Notes under the pieces: generated by a model
What the model saw: the letters and a program-made list of their open reading frames with translations, nothing else
Databases searched by the model: none
Told to the model about the DNA's origin: nothing
Translations under genes and position numbers: made by a program
Assembly: GCA_963726655.1 (NCBI GenBank)
Contig: CAVSDP010000035.1
Coordinates: 87,840-119,839 of the forward strand
Length of the DNA stretch: 32,000 nt
Origin: Methanomassiliicoccaceae archaeon
GTDB lineage: Archaea > Thermoplasmatota > Thermoplasmata > Methanomassiliicoccales > Methanomassiliicoccaceae
Direction of reading: 5' to 3'
In this document: positions 7,346 through 16,268 of the stretch, one piece after another
How the letters are laid out: every line of letters begins with the position of its first letter
Position numbering within the stretch: the first letter of the stretch is position 1

Positions 7346-8902
7346 TCGTTCAAGTCATCCTTTGTCCAGATCTCAACAGAGACTGGTTGCTTCGCGATAT
7401 TACCCATCTTTGTGCCGACGATCGCTGAGATCTTGTTCTCGGCAGCAATGTCCAATATGCGTTGCGTAACTATGCCATCGAAAACGATAGCACTTATACC
7501 TTTGCCATTGGATTTTAAGGAGTTGACCAACTCTCTTACCGGCATTTCTCTTGCAATATCGCCGTTCATATCTAATATCCTAGCCTTCGAGGTAGAAGCC
7601 AGATCATTTATCATAGCCTTATACTTCTCTTGGGCCTCGGAAAGCTTCTTCGTCGGCTCCTCAATGGGCTCTGGCTGCTGTGCACATGCTGGAGCAACAA
7701 CCTCTGTCCTCTCAGGGAGCTGCGCTAATGGCTCAGGCGCCGGAAGGTCCTTTTGCGATTCCCTCGGCTCTCTAGGCTCACGGGGCTGACGAGGCTCTCT
7801 TCTTTCACGAGTTTCGCGAGGTTCATGGCGCTCTACTTTCTCTGGACGCTCAGATCGCTCAGGATGTTCCTGTACCTTTTCCTGTTGGCGTTCAGATCGC
7901 TCAGGACGGTTCCTGTACCTTTTCCTGTTGGCGTTCAGATCGCTCAGGACGTTCCTGTACCTTTTCCTGTTGGCGTTCAGTATGCTCATGGGGCCTCTCG
8001 ATCTCCCTTTCTCTATTTTCGTGGAGCTCGTGGTCCTCTTTCTTTTCCCCGTTCTTCCCGTTCTCGCCCGACATGCCGTACATTTCCATGAACTGTTCTC
8101 CGGGGATCTTGTTCCGAAGACATTTCATGATCTGCTTCTGCGTCAGCTCCTCAACTTCCATTCCACGAGGAGCTCTTGCGACGAAGTCGACCTCCGCTAC
8201 TTGGAACAGTTCACGAAGAATGAGCTCTCCACCGCGATCGCCATCTGTGAAGGCCGTTATTACCCTCTCTTTTGAGAGATCTATGACGGTCCTAGGTACA
8301 TTCGTACCCTCAACAGCTATCGCGTTCTTTATCCCCGACTTCAACAGGTTCAGAACATCGGACCTTCCTTCGACAACGATAATGGCATCGCTGTCAAGGA
8401 CATTAGGCCCTGCAGGCAGATGATCCTTTCCAAAATGGATTATCTCTTCTGTCTGGACGGACTGTCTTACAGATTCTGTAAGATCAATTCCCGATGTCTT
8501 AGATTGTTTTATGAGCTCTGTCAGGAGATCGCGTGCCCTTTCGATGATCTTAGTGCGCTTTGTTATCCGCACATCCTCTATCGAAAGAATGTTTATCTTG
8601 GCTTTGCATGGACCGACCCTATCGATCGTCTCAAGCGCAGAAGCAAGAATAACTGTCTCAACCTGATCAAGGCTAGATGGGATTAGAACTTCTCCTTCAG
8701 ATTTACCCTGCTTTGAATTGACCTCAACCTCAATGCGACCGATCCTGCCGCTCTTTTGAAGGTCACGAAGATCAAGTTCATCGCCTAGTAATCCTTCGGT
8801 CTGTCCGAATATAGCACCCACCACATCAGGCTTCTCGACGATCCCGTCGGCGAGGAGCTTTGCCTTTATCATGTATTTGGTGGTGCTGGGATCAATGTTC
8901 AT
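7342..8902 (-). pseudogene. dnaG: Archaeal DnaG primase (Toprim); frame broken once inside an internal tandem repeat
   Basis: ORF 7901..8902 carries the N-terminal hallmark [33 protein letters not shown] and the Toprim motifs IIVVEGRSD and [11 protein letters not shown] 7342..7989 carries the usual DnaG C-terminal domain (AIVFDGIVTQRILDIAAENKISAIVG). An extra G at 7908 separates the two frames. The locus is 1561 nt, which is 3n+1. Confidence 0.85.
7866..7980. repeat. 42-nt tandem repeat, about 2.7 copies, inside dnaG
   Basis: The unit is GTTCCTGTACCTTTTCCTGTTGGCGTTCAGATCGCTCAGGAC. It occurs at 7866-7907 and 7909-7950, with a 30-nt partial copy at 7951-7980 and a degenerate copy upstream (about 7824-7865). 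On the coding strand it encodes [14 protein letters not shown]. Copies 1 and 2 are 43 nt apart and copies 2 and 3 are 42 nt apart. Confidence 0.9.
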
Positions 8903-9200
8903 TTTTACACCCTTTTTTCCTAGAAAACGGTCGATCCCACTAGAATTAACACGATCACTTATCTGTCACTGATCACTACAGCTCGGCTTATCTTCTTATG
9001 ATATGCTGGCTAGATCTTGATCTTTTTTTGGATATCCTGCTAACAAGCAGGACGTATGATGATAGTGAGCATGAAATCAGTCTTGAATGGACCGTTCCCT
9101 TGAGGCCATATAAAGCGTAGGACCAATTATATACTTTTTGGTATCCTCCTAATTGGATGGAAGATCGGAAGGATTCCACATGACAGTATCAACAGATCGA

Positions 9201-9234
9201 ATAAAATAAAAGGGCCTCGCCCGTTAGGGCGGGG
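9201..9234 (-). terminator. Hairpin plus T-rich tract downstream of the K/A-rich gene
   Basis: Minus-strand RNA reads CCCCGCCC-UAAC-GGGCGAGG (8-bp stem, 9215-9234) followed by CCCUUUUAUUUUAUU. It begins 5 nt after the stop at 9239. Confidence 0.55.
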
Positions 9235-9238
9235 TAGC

Positions 9239-9502
9239 TCACAATTTCTTGTCTGCAGTCTCGGATGCTTTGGCGTCGGCCTTAACGGCCTCAATAGCGG
9301 CCTTTGCCTTTGCTTTAGCTGCTTTCTTCTCTGCTTTTGCCTTGTTCTTAGCGGCCTTTGCATCGGCCTTTGCCTTTGCCTTAGCTGCTTTCTCTTCCTT
9401 TACTTTTAATGCGGCGGAGGTCTGTGCTACATCTGCCTTTACGCCAGTATTATTATCTACTTTTTCCTCGGCTGCATCATTTATTTTATCTGAGTCACTC
9501 AT
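9239..9502 (-). CDS. Small Lys/Ala-rich low-complexity basic protein; hypothetical
   Basis: 87 aa with an acidic N-terminus followed by AKAKAKADAKAAKNKAKAEKKAAKAKAKAA. The ORF is bounded by a terminator-like hairpin. I cannot assign a family. Confidence 0.5.
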   Translation of the reverse strand: MSDSDKINDAAEEKVDNNTGVKADVAQTSAALKVKEEKAAKAKAKADAKAAKNKAKAEKKAAKAKAKAAIEAVKADAKASETADKKL

Positions 9503-9832
9503 AATAATAACCGGTTTCGATGATACACGTTGTGATATATGAGTTTATATGAATGAAAGTTGAATTTATTCCAGATCTACCGAATATGAGACTTCTCTAG
9601 TTCTAAGTAATTGATATTCAAAGGATCCCTGTCATAGGCATGCCGTATGTTGTTCCAACAGCCGATCATATATTGTGTTAATGACATGCGAAGTATCTGG
9701 AACAAAATGAAGTGGTGTCGATCTTACCGATCATAAGCGTGTTATTCATTCCAGCTGCACTGGGAGCGTTACTACACCTATGAAAAAAGTGCATTTTGCC
9801 AAAGATATCAGGACACTTATGTTAATTAGACC

Positions 9833-10510
9833 CTATATGTACTGAACAAGGTCTTGTAATATTTTCCGAGGATCTTTCGACTTTACAACGCCAGACGCCA
9901 AAAGAACGCCTGAGGCACCTAGTTCTATCGCCTTTTTTACATCCTGGCCTGTTTTTACGCCTGCGCCACAAAGGACAGGAATGCTCTCATCGATGCGATG
10001 AACGGCCATTACTGCATTTCTCACTATGTTAGGATTAGCGGAAGTGACCGACACATCCCCCCCGATAAGCTCTGGGGGCTCCACCGCGATCATATCCGGC
10101 TCCAAAGATGCTAATGCTGCAGAAGTGAGCTCAGTATCGGCACATGCCAATATCTGCATGTCGACCGATCTGCACGCGGCTATCGTAGAGGCAATGTCCG
10201 CTAGGACCAGCTTTCTTTCAGCATGGTTAAGCAGCGAACCTGAACAGCCTGCAGATCTTATCATCTCAGGAGTGACCCAACCAGTAGCAGCACCCGGCTT
10301 TTTACTGTCCACATGTTGGGAAAGAACTGGCAAAGTGACCGCTTTTGCCACGGCAGATAGCTCTACCAGTGGCGGGCATACAACTAAGTTAGCCCCTGTG
10401 TCATCGGCTACATCTTGGCATGCTTCGGCTAAGGCGATGGCTTTCTCGCCTTCGACCTCATCATATGCCTTGAAGTTGACAACTACAGCAGGGGCCCTTA
10501 GCTTGTTCAA
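9833..10510 (-). CDS. tpiA: Triosephosphate isomerase, short archaeal type
   Basis: Motifs VVNFKAY, LLNHAERK, AVEPPELIGG and CGAGVKTGQDV in about 225 aa. The TTG start overlaps the fbp stop as TTGA at 10507-10510. Confidence 0.9.
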   Translation of the reverse strand: MNKLRAPAVVVNFKAYDEVEGEKAIALAEACQDVADDTGANLVVCPPLVELSAVAKAVTLPVLSQHVDSKKPGAATGWVTPEMIRSAGCSGSLLNHAERKLVLADIASTIAACRSVDMQILACADTELTSAALASLEPDMIAVEPPELIGGDVSVTSANPNIVRNAVMAVHRIDESIPVLCGAGVKTGQDVKKAIELGASGVLLASGVVKSKDPRKILQDLVQYI

Positions 10511-11648
10511 ATCTTTTCCATCCTTTTCTTTAGTTTCTCTAATACAGCTGGACGGGTTGTATATTCCATCTCTTCTGGGCCTAGTACCGCGGGCATGAAC
10601 GGCCCGTGGCGGCGCATGTATATCGACGCCTTGACAGCACCCTTTCTTGCCTCATCCCAGCAACCGCCGGCAAAATAATCGAGCGGTGTGTGTACACCAG
10701 GTGGCGAAGATGGGTCCTCGAATCCCTGGAATTCTCCATTGCTTACGTGCATACCGAGCGCGACGACCCGTGGAGGGCCATCAAAGAATGTCGGATCAGA
10801 ATCATCTACTGAGCAAGGGTACCATCCACCATAATGGCTTCCTCTCATCCATCCTGAGACTAGCATAGGGAACATATATGGCTGAAGCGAATCTCACCTA
10901 CTGCTGGCAGACCTGACTGGGACCTGCATACACATACTGGGTCGTCCTTCCCGACATATTTTCCAGCTGCAAGGTTCAACTTCTCTGTGGAGACTACAGA
11001 TGCGATCCCGATATCATCGCACTTGCTCCATATTCTCTTTATTGCATACCTGGTAACATCGCCGAGCAATGTTAGAATGTCATATGTCTCTTCAGGAGAT
11101 GACATGATGACCCTCTTTGAATCACAAACATCAACTATCTCGACCTTAAAACCCTCATGAGCCCTTGGGTCAATGACAAGACCCGTAGTTGTGAATGGAT
11201 CCATGTATGTCTTGCATAGAGGTAAGGAGTAAGCCGAAGGCTCCGTCTTATCCGCCATGAAGAATATGATCGGTTCTGAACCTCTTTCCTTGAACTCCAT
11301 TTCTGCAGCGCCCGGACCGGCGCCTCTTACGTTTCCTGAGAAAGCATCAGTGAGTATATCCTGGCCTGCTGCATAGAGCTTCATGCTCTTTGCTACCTTG
11401 GTAGCCTCTTGAAACGCTTCCCAGCACATACCATGGATATCCTTATTGTTCTCGCCACGGTTATGTACCATATACAAGTTGATATCGTCGCCTACCCTTG
11501 TAACATAATAATCGTTAATCGTTCCTGCTTTTACACCATCGGCTAGCCTCTCTTCGCACTTTTTCATCATCAATGGATGTGGACGAGCATGGCCACCAAC
11601 GGAACCAACATCGGCCTTTATAACAGATACCGTTATCCTGTCAGACAT
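10507..11648 (-). pseudogene. fbp: Fructose-1,6-bisphosphate aldolase/phosphatase (class V FBPase); frame broken once
   Basis: The N-terminus is ITVSVIKADVGSVGGH and the C-terminal ORF carries LVSGWMRGSH. The first frame ends ...QSGLPAVGEIRFSHICSLC* while the other frame reads SLQPYMFPMLVSGWMRGSH. The break lies at about 10882-10893 and behaves as one missing base. The locus is 1142 nt, which is 3n-1. Confidence 0.85.
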
Positions 11649-11679
11649 TTATAATCCCCTACAATTTCTGGAAATATGG

Positions 11680-11707
11680 CATTCCATATATATGTTACCA
11701 TGGAATG
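11680..11707. promoter_or_regulatory. Inverted repeat CATTCCAT-N12-ATGGAATG bracketing a TATA-like element upstream of fbp
   Basis: Perfect 8-bp arms lie at 11680-11687 and 11700-11707. The spacer (minus strand GGTAACATATAT) is AT-rich. The repeat lies 32-59 nt upstream of the fbp ATG at 11648. Confidence 0.4.
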
Positions 11708-12047
11708 GACACTTTTATTTTGTGGAATATGCGAAGATATTTAACGAGCCGTCCGAACATTCTGACGAACGGCCCCCACTCATCTGAGCGCTTGCGTCAT
11801 ATTCGCTATGCAAGCAGTCGTTCTCCTTCATAAATTTGTTCCCGGCCTAACGACTGTAGTGCAGGCAGTCTCTTAACTTCATATGTACCAAATGGCTGCA
11901 TCTCATCGATCCCTTGAACAGATCATTGATCACATGATCATCTGCCCCTCTTTTTTATCGACCAGCAGCCATTATCGGAAGTCCGAAAGCTGCAGGACAA
12001 TCCCCCTTCACCCACTATTTATAAGATGTTTATCGAACGATCTTGGT

Positions 12048-12278
12048 CTATTTGCTTACTGCTATTACGCTAGCGGGACAGCCCTTAGCTGCCTTCGAGG
12101 CACATTCCTCCATATCGTCCGGAACGTTTCCCTTTGCAAGGTCACCTTCCTCCCTGAACCCGCTCTGGATCTCGGAAGTCCCATCATCACCCTCAGCAAA
12201 TAAGGTTGGGCAATCATCATTATAGCAATTCCCACATTGGACGCATCCGTCCCTATCTATCGTTACCTTGACGGTCAT
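12048..12278 (-). CDS. Small [4Fe-4S] ferredoxin
   Basis: MTVKVTIDRDGCVQCGNCYNDDCP...CASKAAKGCPASVIAV gives a CxxCxxC...CP pattern plus a distal Cys-Pro. I prefer the ATG at 12278 because a TTTTAAG TATA-like element (12305-12311) overlaps the longer GTG and ATG starts. Confidence 0.8.
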   Translation of the reverse strand: MTVKVTIDRDGCVQCGNCYNDDCPTLFAEGDDGTSEIQSGFREEGDLAKGNVPDDMEECASKAAKGCPASVIAVSK

Positions 12279-12626
12279 TGATGTTCCTATTGTGAGATCC
12301 ATCACTTAAAAGGTTTTGGTCGACATGGCCTAAAAAATACTCGCACCATGTCGCGGGTGCTTATTGCCTCGTCCGAGCAGCTCATATCACGATCGTCGAT
12401 GTGCATATGGGGCTCTTATCCAAAGCTCAAGCCCCATCCGTTCCGACGATGCAATCTACAGATCTTTAGGAAAAGACAGCTGGTAAGGCGGTCAGGATCC
12501 CCTTTCAAAGCTCATCGGTCAGGTGACCAAGGGCTCTCGCACCCTTGCCTGTTGGTCCGCTTCATCATAATCCTCACTCGCATAGATCAATTTTCGCGAG
12601 TAAGAACATAAAGAAAAAGGGGTTTT

Positions 12627-13946
12627 TTACGGGACCAGCCTGTTGCGGTCGCGCGGGAAGAGTATGGCCTCTCTCACATTCGGTAGGGACAGCATTTTCT
12701 GCACTAAGCGCTCGACGCCTAACCCCCAGCCTCCGTGCGGTGGCATTCCATATTTGAACGATGACAGATAGAACCCGAAATCCTGAGGGTCAAGTCCTTT
12801 CTTTTGGACCCTGGATATAAGCATATCATAGCGATGCTCACGCTGCCCACCAGAGGTTATCTCCTGTCCTTTATAATCAAGATCGAACGAGTAGGAGAAC
12901 GGAGTGCCATCTTTCTCCATGATGTAGAAAGGCTTTGCTTCTTCTGGGTATTCAGAAATGAAATACATGTCGTAGCCTTTCTGGGACATTATATCGCCAA
13001 GGATCTTTTCACCCTCGGTGCCAAGGTCATCCCCCAGTTTGATCCTGACCCCTTCAGCAGCGACCATTTCTACAGCGTCCTTGTACTCGATGATCGGATA
13101 AGGCGCCTTTGGCAGTGTGACCGCAGTATTTAGCGTCTCAAGATGCGGCCCACCCTTCTCGATCACGCCCTTTATCACATATTGAGTGCATCTTTCCAAC
13201 ATATCCGTGATATCTTTCTGAGATTCAATGAATGACATCTCAGCATCAAAAGAAATGAACTCGGATACATGTCTGACAGTATCGGATGGCTCGGCCCTGA
13301 ATGCAGGCCCGATCTCGAATATCCTGTCAAGACCTGTTGACATCAGCATTTGCTTGTAGAGCTGCGGGGACTGAGCAAGATACGCACATTTATCGAAATA
13401 TTTTAACTCGAATAGGGTAGCTCCCCCTTCAGCACCCGATGCCAATATCTTTGGGGTGAAGACCTCAATGAATCCTTCGTTCACTAAGAAAGAATCTATC
13501 AAGTTCAATGCCAAGGATTTGATCTCAAAAACGGCTCTGACCTCCGGTTTTCTTAGGTCCATGAACCTGTTATCGAACCTTGTATCCGCTTCGACATTAA
13601 CCTTATCGACAACGCCCATTGGTAACGGTGATGCCGCAGTGGAAAGTATCTCCATTGAGGATGGGATTATCTCCATCCCGCTCTTTGCCTGGTTTGACAC
13701 TTTTGCTGTACCCTTTATAGATACTACAGATTCCCTCGGAAGCGATGAGATCGCTGCCATAAGCTCAGGAGATATCTTTTTCTTTGGAGCAGTGATCTGT
13801 AAGGTCCCGTATCTGTCACGAATGATCAGGAAAGAGATGCCGCCCAGATTCCTTATCTCTTGAGCCCACCCTTTCACAACAACATCCTTTTCAGCATCAG
13901 AAGCGGACAAAGTCCTCGAGCTTCGTAAGATGGCCTGGTCGTTCAT
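12627..13946 (-). CDS. aspS: Aspartyl-tRNA synthetase, archaeal type (class IIb)
   Basis: An OB-fold N-terminus is followed by class II motifs FRAEPS, QEITSGGQREH and GGWGLGVERL, ending in FPRDRNRLVP. The ATG at 13946 gives about 439 aa. The longer ORF starts at a TTG. Confidence 0.9.
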   Translation of the reverse strand: MNDQAILRSSRTLSASDAEKDVVVKGWAQEIRNLGGISFLIIRDRYGTLQITAPKKKISPELMAAISSLPRESVVSIKGTAKVSNQAKSGMEIIPSSMEILSTAASPLPMGVVDKVNVEADTRFDNRFMDLRKPEVRAVFEIKSLALNLIDSFLVNEGFIEVFTPKILASGAEGGATLFELKYFDKCAYLAQSPQLYKQMLMSTGLDRIFEIGPAFRAEPSDTVRHVSEFISFDAEMSFIESQKDITDMLERCTQYVIKGVIEKGGPHLETLNTAVTLPKAPYPIIEYKDAVEMVAAEGVRIKLGDDLGTEGEKILGDIMSQKGYDMYFISEYPEEAKPFYIMEKDGTPFSYSFDLDYKGQEITSGGQREHRYDMLISRVQKKGLDPQDFGFYLSSFKYGMPPHGGWGLGVERLVQKMLSLPNVREAILFPRDRNRLVP

Positions 13947-14254
13947 TCTCACACCGCAAAAAGGGATGATCCTGGGCCATATATAGCTGACGCTGATCGT
14001 CAAAGGACGATCAACATGCAGGCAGAGATAGAAAATGCCTGATGGTCAGATACCATTATCGACTGTATCCATTTCATCTGAGAGCGCTACTTTTTTTCTT
14101 TACGCGGACCAGTGGAATGATGACCTTTTCATGATGAAAAGGTGCAATTCTTCAGCCAGCTCACCTAATCACCCTGTGGATTATCCCCGCATCGCGTCGC
14201 GATCGATGGTACGAAGCAATAAACCCCGCCCATAGAACAGCATTCTGGTCTGTA

Positions 14255-15073
14255 TCAATCTTCTCTTGGATCTTCGTTCAGAGCATCTTCCGCTGGCTGT
14301 ACCTTCTCAAGGATCTTCGTTCTTTTGGTACGTTTGGCACGTTCGCTCACGTTCGCATACCTGCAGACACATATGTACGCCCCGGGCCGCCTTTCATCAT
14401 CATAATCCTTTATGCAAGTTATTCCAACGACCTGACTATCATCGTGGAATAATATGCCTGTGAGAGCATCATTTATAGCCCTGACCAATTTATCTATGTC
14501 TGGCTTGGTCGTCGGATGGATGCGTCTATGCTGAGGGATCGAAGCTGGACGGCTTAGAACGAATTCGATATCTACTGTATATGACGATATCGGGTCGCAG
14601 GTCCAAGGAGAGCTATCCAGAGTATGCTGGGCCTCTGTGGCGACACGGTTCCTCCATGCGTTAAGGCCCTTCTGGTTCTGATGAGTAGTAACTGTCCTGT
14701 TCAATTTTTTGATATAAAATGCCTTCGTGCTACCTTCTGGTGAAGGTTCACCCAGCACGATGAACGATAGAGATTCGATCGGTTCCTCATTCTTACGCAT
14801 GCTAGCCTCTTTCCTAACGAGCTTGGATATCGCTGGACGATCATTCGTCGATCCATCATTATCGAAAGTTGCCCCGCTGTTCTCAACTATGTCCAGACCA
14901 TTTTTCTGGTCCCGGACCTCGATGCATCCCATCAGTGTCCCTATTATTTTCCTAGAATTTGAACCATTCCCCATTTCAGGATGATGGACAAGATATCTTA
15001 TCTTACTTGGACACGTGCAAGAATCTTGTATGAAACGATAGCCATACCGAAAATTACGATCAGTCAATAGCAT
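14255..15073 (-). CDS. RusA-family Holliday-junction resolvase homologue with extra N-terminal region
   Basis: RusA signature TKPDIDKLVRAINDALTGILFHDDSQVVGI (compare E. coli [27 protein letters not shown]) and the N-terminal core LSFIVLGEPSPEGSTKAF. The ATG at 15073 gives 272 aa. The internal ATG at 14800 (MRKNEEPIESLSF...) gives a 181-aa protein that begins where RusA homology begins. Confidence 0.7.
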   Translation of the reverse strand: MLLTDRNFRYGYRFIQDSCTCPSKIRYLVHHPEMGNGSNSRKIIGTLMGCIEVRDQKNGLDIVENSGATFDNDGSTNDRPAISKLVRKEASMRKNEEPIESLSFIVLGEPSPEGSTKAFYIKKLNRTVTTHQNQKGLNAWRNRVATEAQHTLDSSPWTCDPISSYTVDIEFVLSRPASIPQHRRIHPTTKPDIDKLVRAINDALTGILFHDDSQVVGITCIKDYDDERRPGAYICVCRYANVSERAKRTKRTKILEKVQPAEDALNEDPRED

Positions 15074-15359
15074 CGCTCATCAGAACTTCAGTTAGATATC
15101 AGCAAAAGAGTGATGTTTTGATCGCCCTTGAGAGTGAAAATTTCTAATAACGATCAAAGGAAGCATCCTCTCGGCCTCAAAACATCTCATCATGTGGTGG
15201 TCAGCTGACCCTCTTCTCGTCACGGAGGTGCTTCCTCGAACAACGATCTTTTGTTACCTTTTATTTTTTGCTATGAGCAAAGATGAGCTGCCCTGCCCGC
15301 AAGTACAGAGTAAATCACTAGTGTACTGTGGTCAGGGGTGGTCAGGGACAGGACCGACC

Positions 15360-16268
15360 TCAGTCCCCTCTCCCGATATCTATCATCTTTTGAAGAGGCA
15401 CACGAGCTTTGTTCATCAGCTCCTCGTCCAACCGCACTTCTGGCTGCATTGTCTCCAGTGCGCTTATTATATTTTCGAATGTTATCATTTTCATGGTCGG
15501 ACATATCGCGCCCGGTACTGAGTAGAATTCCTTATCAGGATTGGCTTTCTTTAAGCGATATAGCATTTCCTGCTCGGTCCCGATAATGAACTCTTTCTTG
15601 TTCGACTTGCTAACATATGTCAGCATGCCTTCAGTAGAACGGACAGCATCCGCAATGTCCACGACATCTGGCCTGCATTCCGGATGAACGATGATCTCAG
15701 CTCCAGGGTGTTCGTCCTTGAGCTTTTTGATCTTTTCTACAGTTATTGCGTCATGCGTTGGGCAATACCCCGGCCAAGGGATAATATCCTTCCCTTCTAC
15801 TGACTTCTGGACAAAGTTAGCCAGGTTCTCGTCAGGTACCATGATCACAAGTGCACTGTCAAGGGAATTTACGACCTTCACGGCATTCGATGATGTACAA
15901 CATACATCTGCTTCTGCTTTGCATGCTGCTGATGTATTTACATAAGCTACGACCTGCGCCTTAGGAAAATCCTTCTTAAGCAGGCGTATCCCCTCTGGGT
16001 CGCACATTGCGGCCATAGGACATTTCGCCTTTGTCTCTGGGTGAAGCACCGTCTTCGATGGGTTCAGTATCTTAGCACTTTCAGCCATGAAGTCAACACC
16101 ACAAAAGACGATAACGTCCGCTTTCGTCTCGGCGGCTTTAATTGAAAGACCAAAAGAGTCTCCGACAAAGTCCGCTATTTCCTGTATCTCTGGCATCTGA
16201 TAGTTGTGAGCAAGGATGACGGCGTTCCTTTCCTGCTTTAGTTCCAGTATCCTATCTTGTGGCCGCAT
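15360..16268 (-). CDS. nadA: Quinolinate synthase
   Basis: ILAHNYQMPEIQEIADFVGDS, VHPEC and the Cys ligand pattern are present. The ATG at 16268 gives about 302 aa. The longer ORF begins at a TTG (16325). Confidence 0.9.
   Translation of the reverse strand: MRPQDRILELKQERNAVILAHNYQMPEIQEIADFVGDSFGLSIKAAETKADVIVFCGVDFMAESAKILNPSKTVLHPETKAKCPMAAMCDPEGIRLLKKDFPKAQVVAYVNTSAACKAEADVCCTSSNAVKVVNSLDSALVIMVPDENLANFVQKSVEGKDIIPWPGYCPTHDAITVEKIKKLKDEHPGAEIIVHPECRPDVVDIADAVRSTEGMLTYVSKSNKKEFIIGTEQEMLYRLKKANPDKEFYSVPGAICPTMKMITFENIISALETMQPEVRLDEELMNKARVPLQKMIDIGRGD

Noticed and set aside
7866-7980. A direct repeat array that could superficially resemble a CRISPR.
   Set aside because: The units abut with no spacers, have 42-nt (in-frame) periodicity, and lie inside the dnaG coding sequence. 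It is a coding tandem repeat.
7753-8423. Plus-strand ORFs 7753..8091, 7928..8275 and 8073..8423.
   Set aside because: They are antisense to dnaG, whose frame carries strong family motifs. Their existence is explained by the low-complexity repeat and codon bias.
9052-9095. Possible box C/D sRNA: the C-box-like ATGATGA at about 9058-9064.
   Set aside because: No CUGA D box or C'/D' pair occurs at the expected spacing on the same strand.
9249-9542. Plus-strand 97-aa Ala/Phe/Ser-rich ORF, together with minus-strand ORF 9127..9363.
   Set aside because: These are mirror and shifted frames of the K/A repeat gene. The minus-strand frame 9239..9502 has a proper ATG and a terminator, and I take it as the real one.
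10026-10598. 190-aa plus-strand ORF. Similar long antisense ORFs occur at 2512..2997, 13456..13863 and 28627..29268.
   Set aside because: Each lies fully inside a strongly supported minus-strand gene (tpiA, tldD, aspS, kdpA). Their Ser/Ala/Pro-rich translations are typical antisense artefacts.
14004-15359. The idea that the RusA-like gene marks an integrated provirus or other mobile element.
   Set aside because: No integrase, transposase, capsid or terminase gene, tRNA target or flanking direct repeats are visible. The locus is only about 1.3 kb between two housekeeping genes. It is reported as an orphan gene only.
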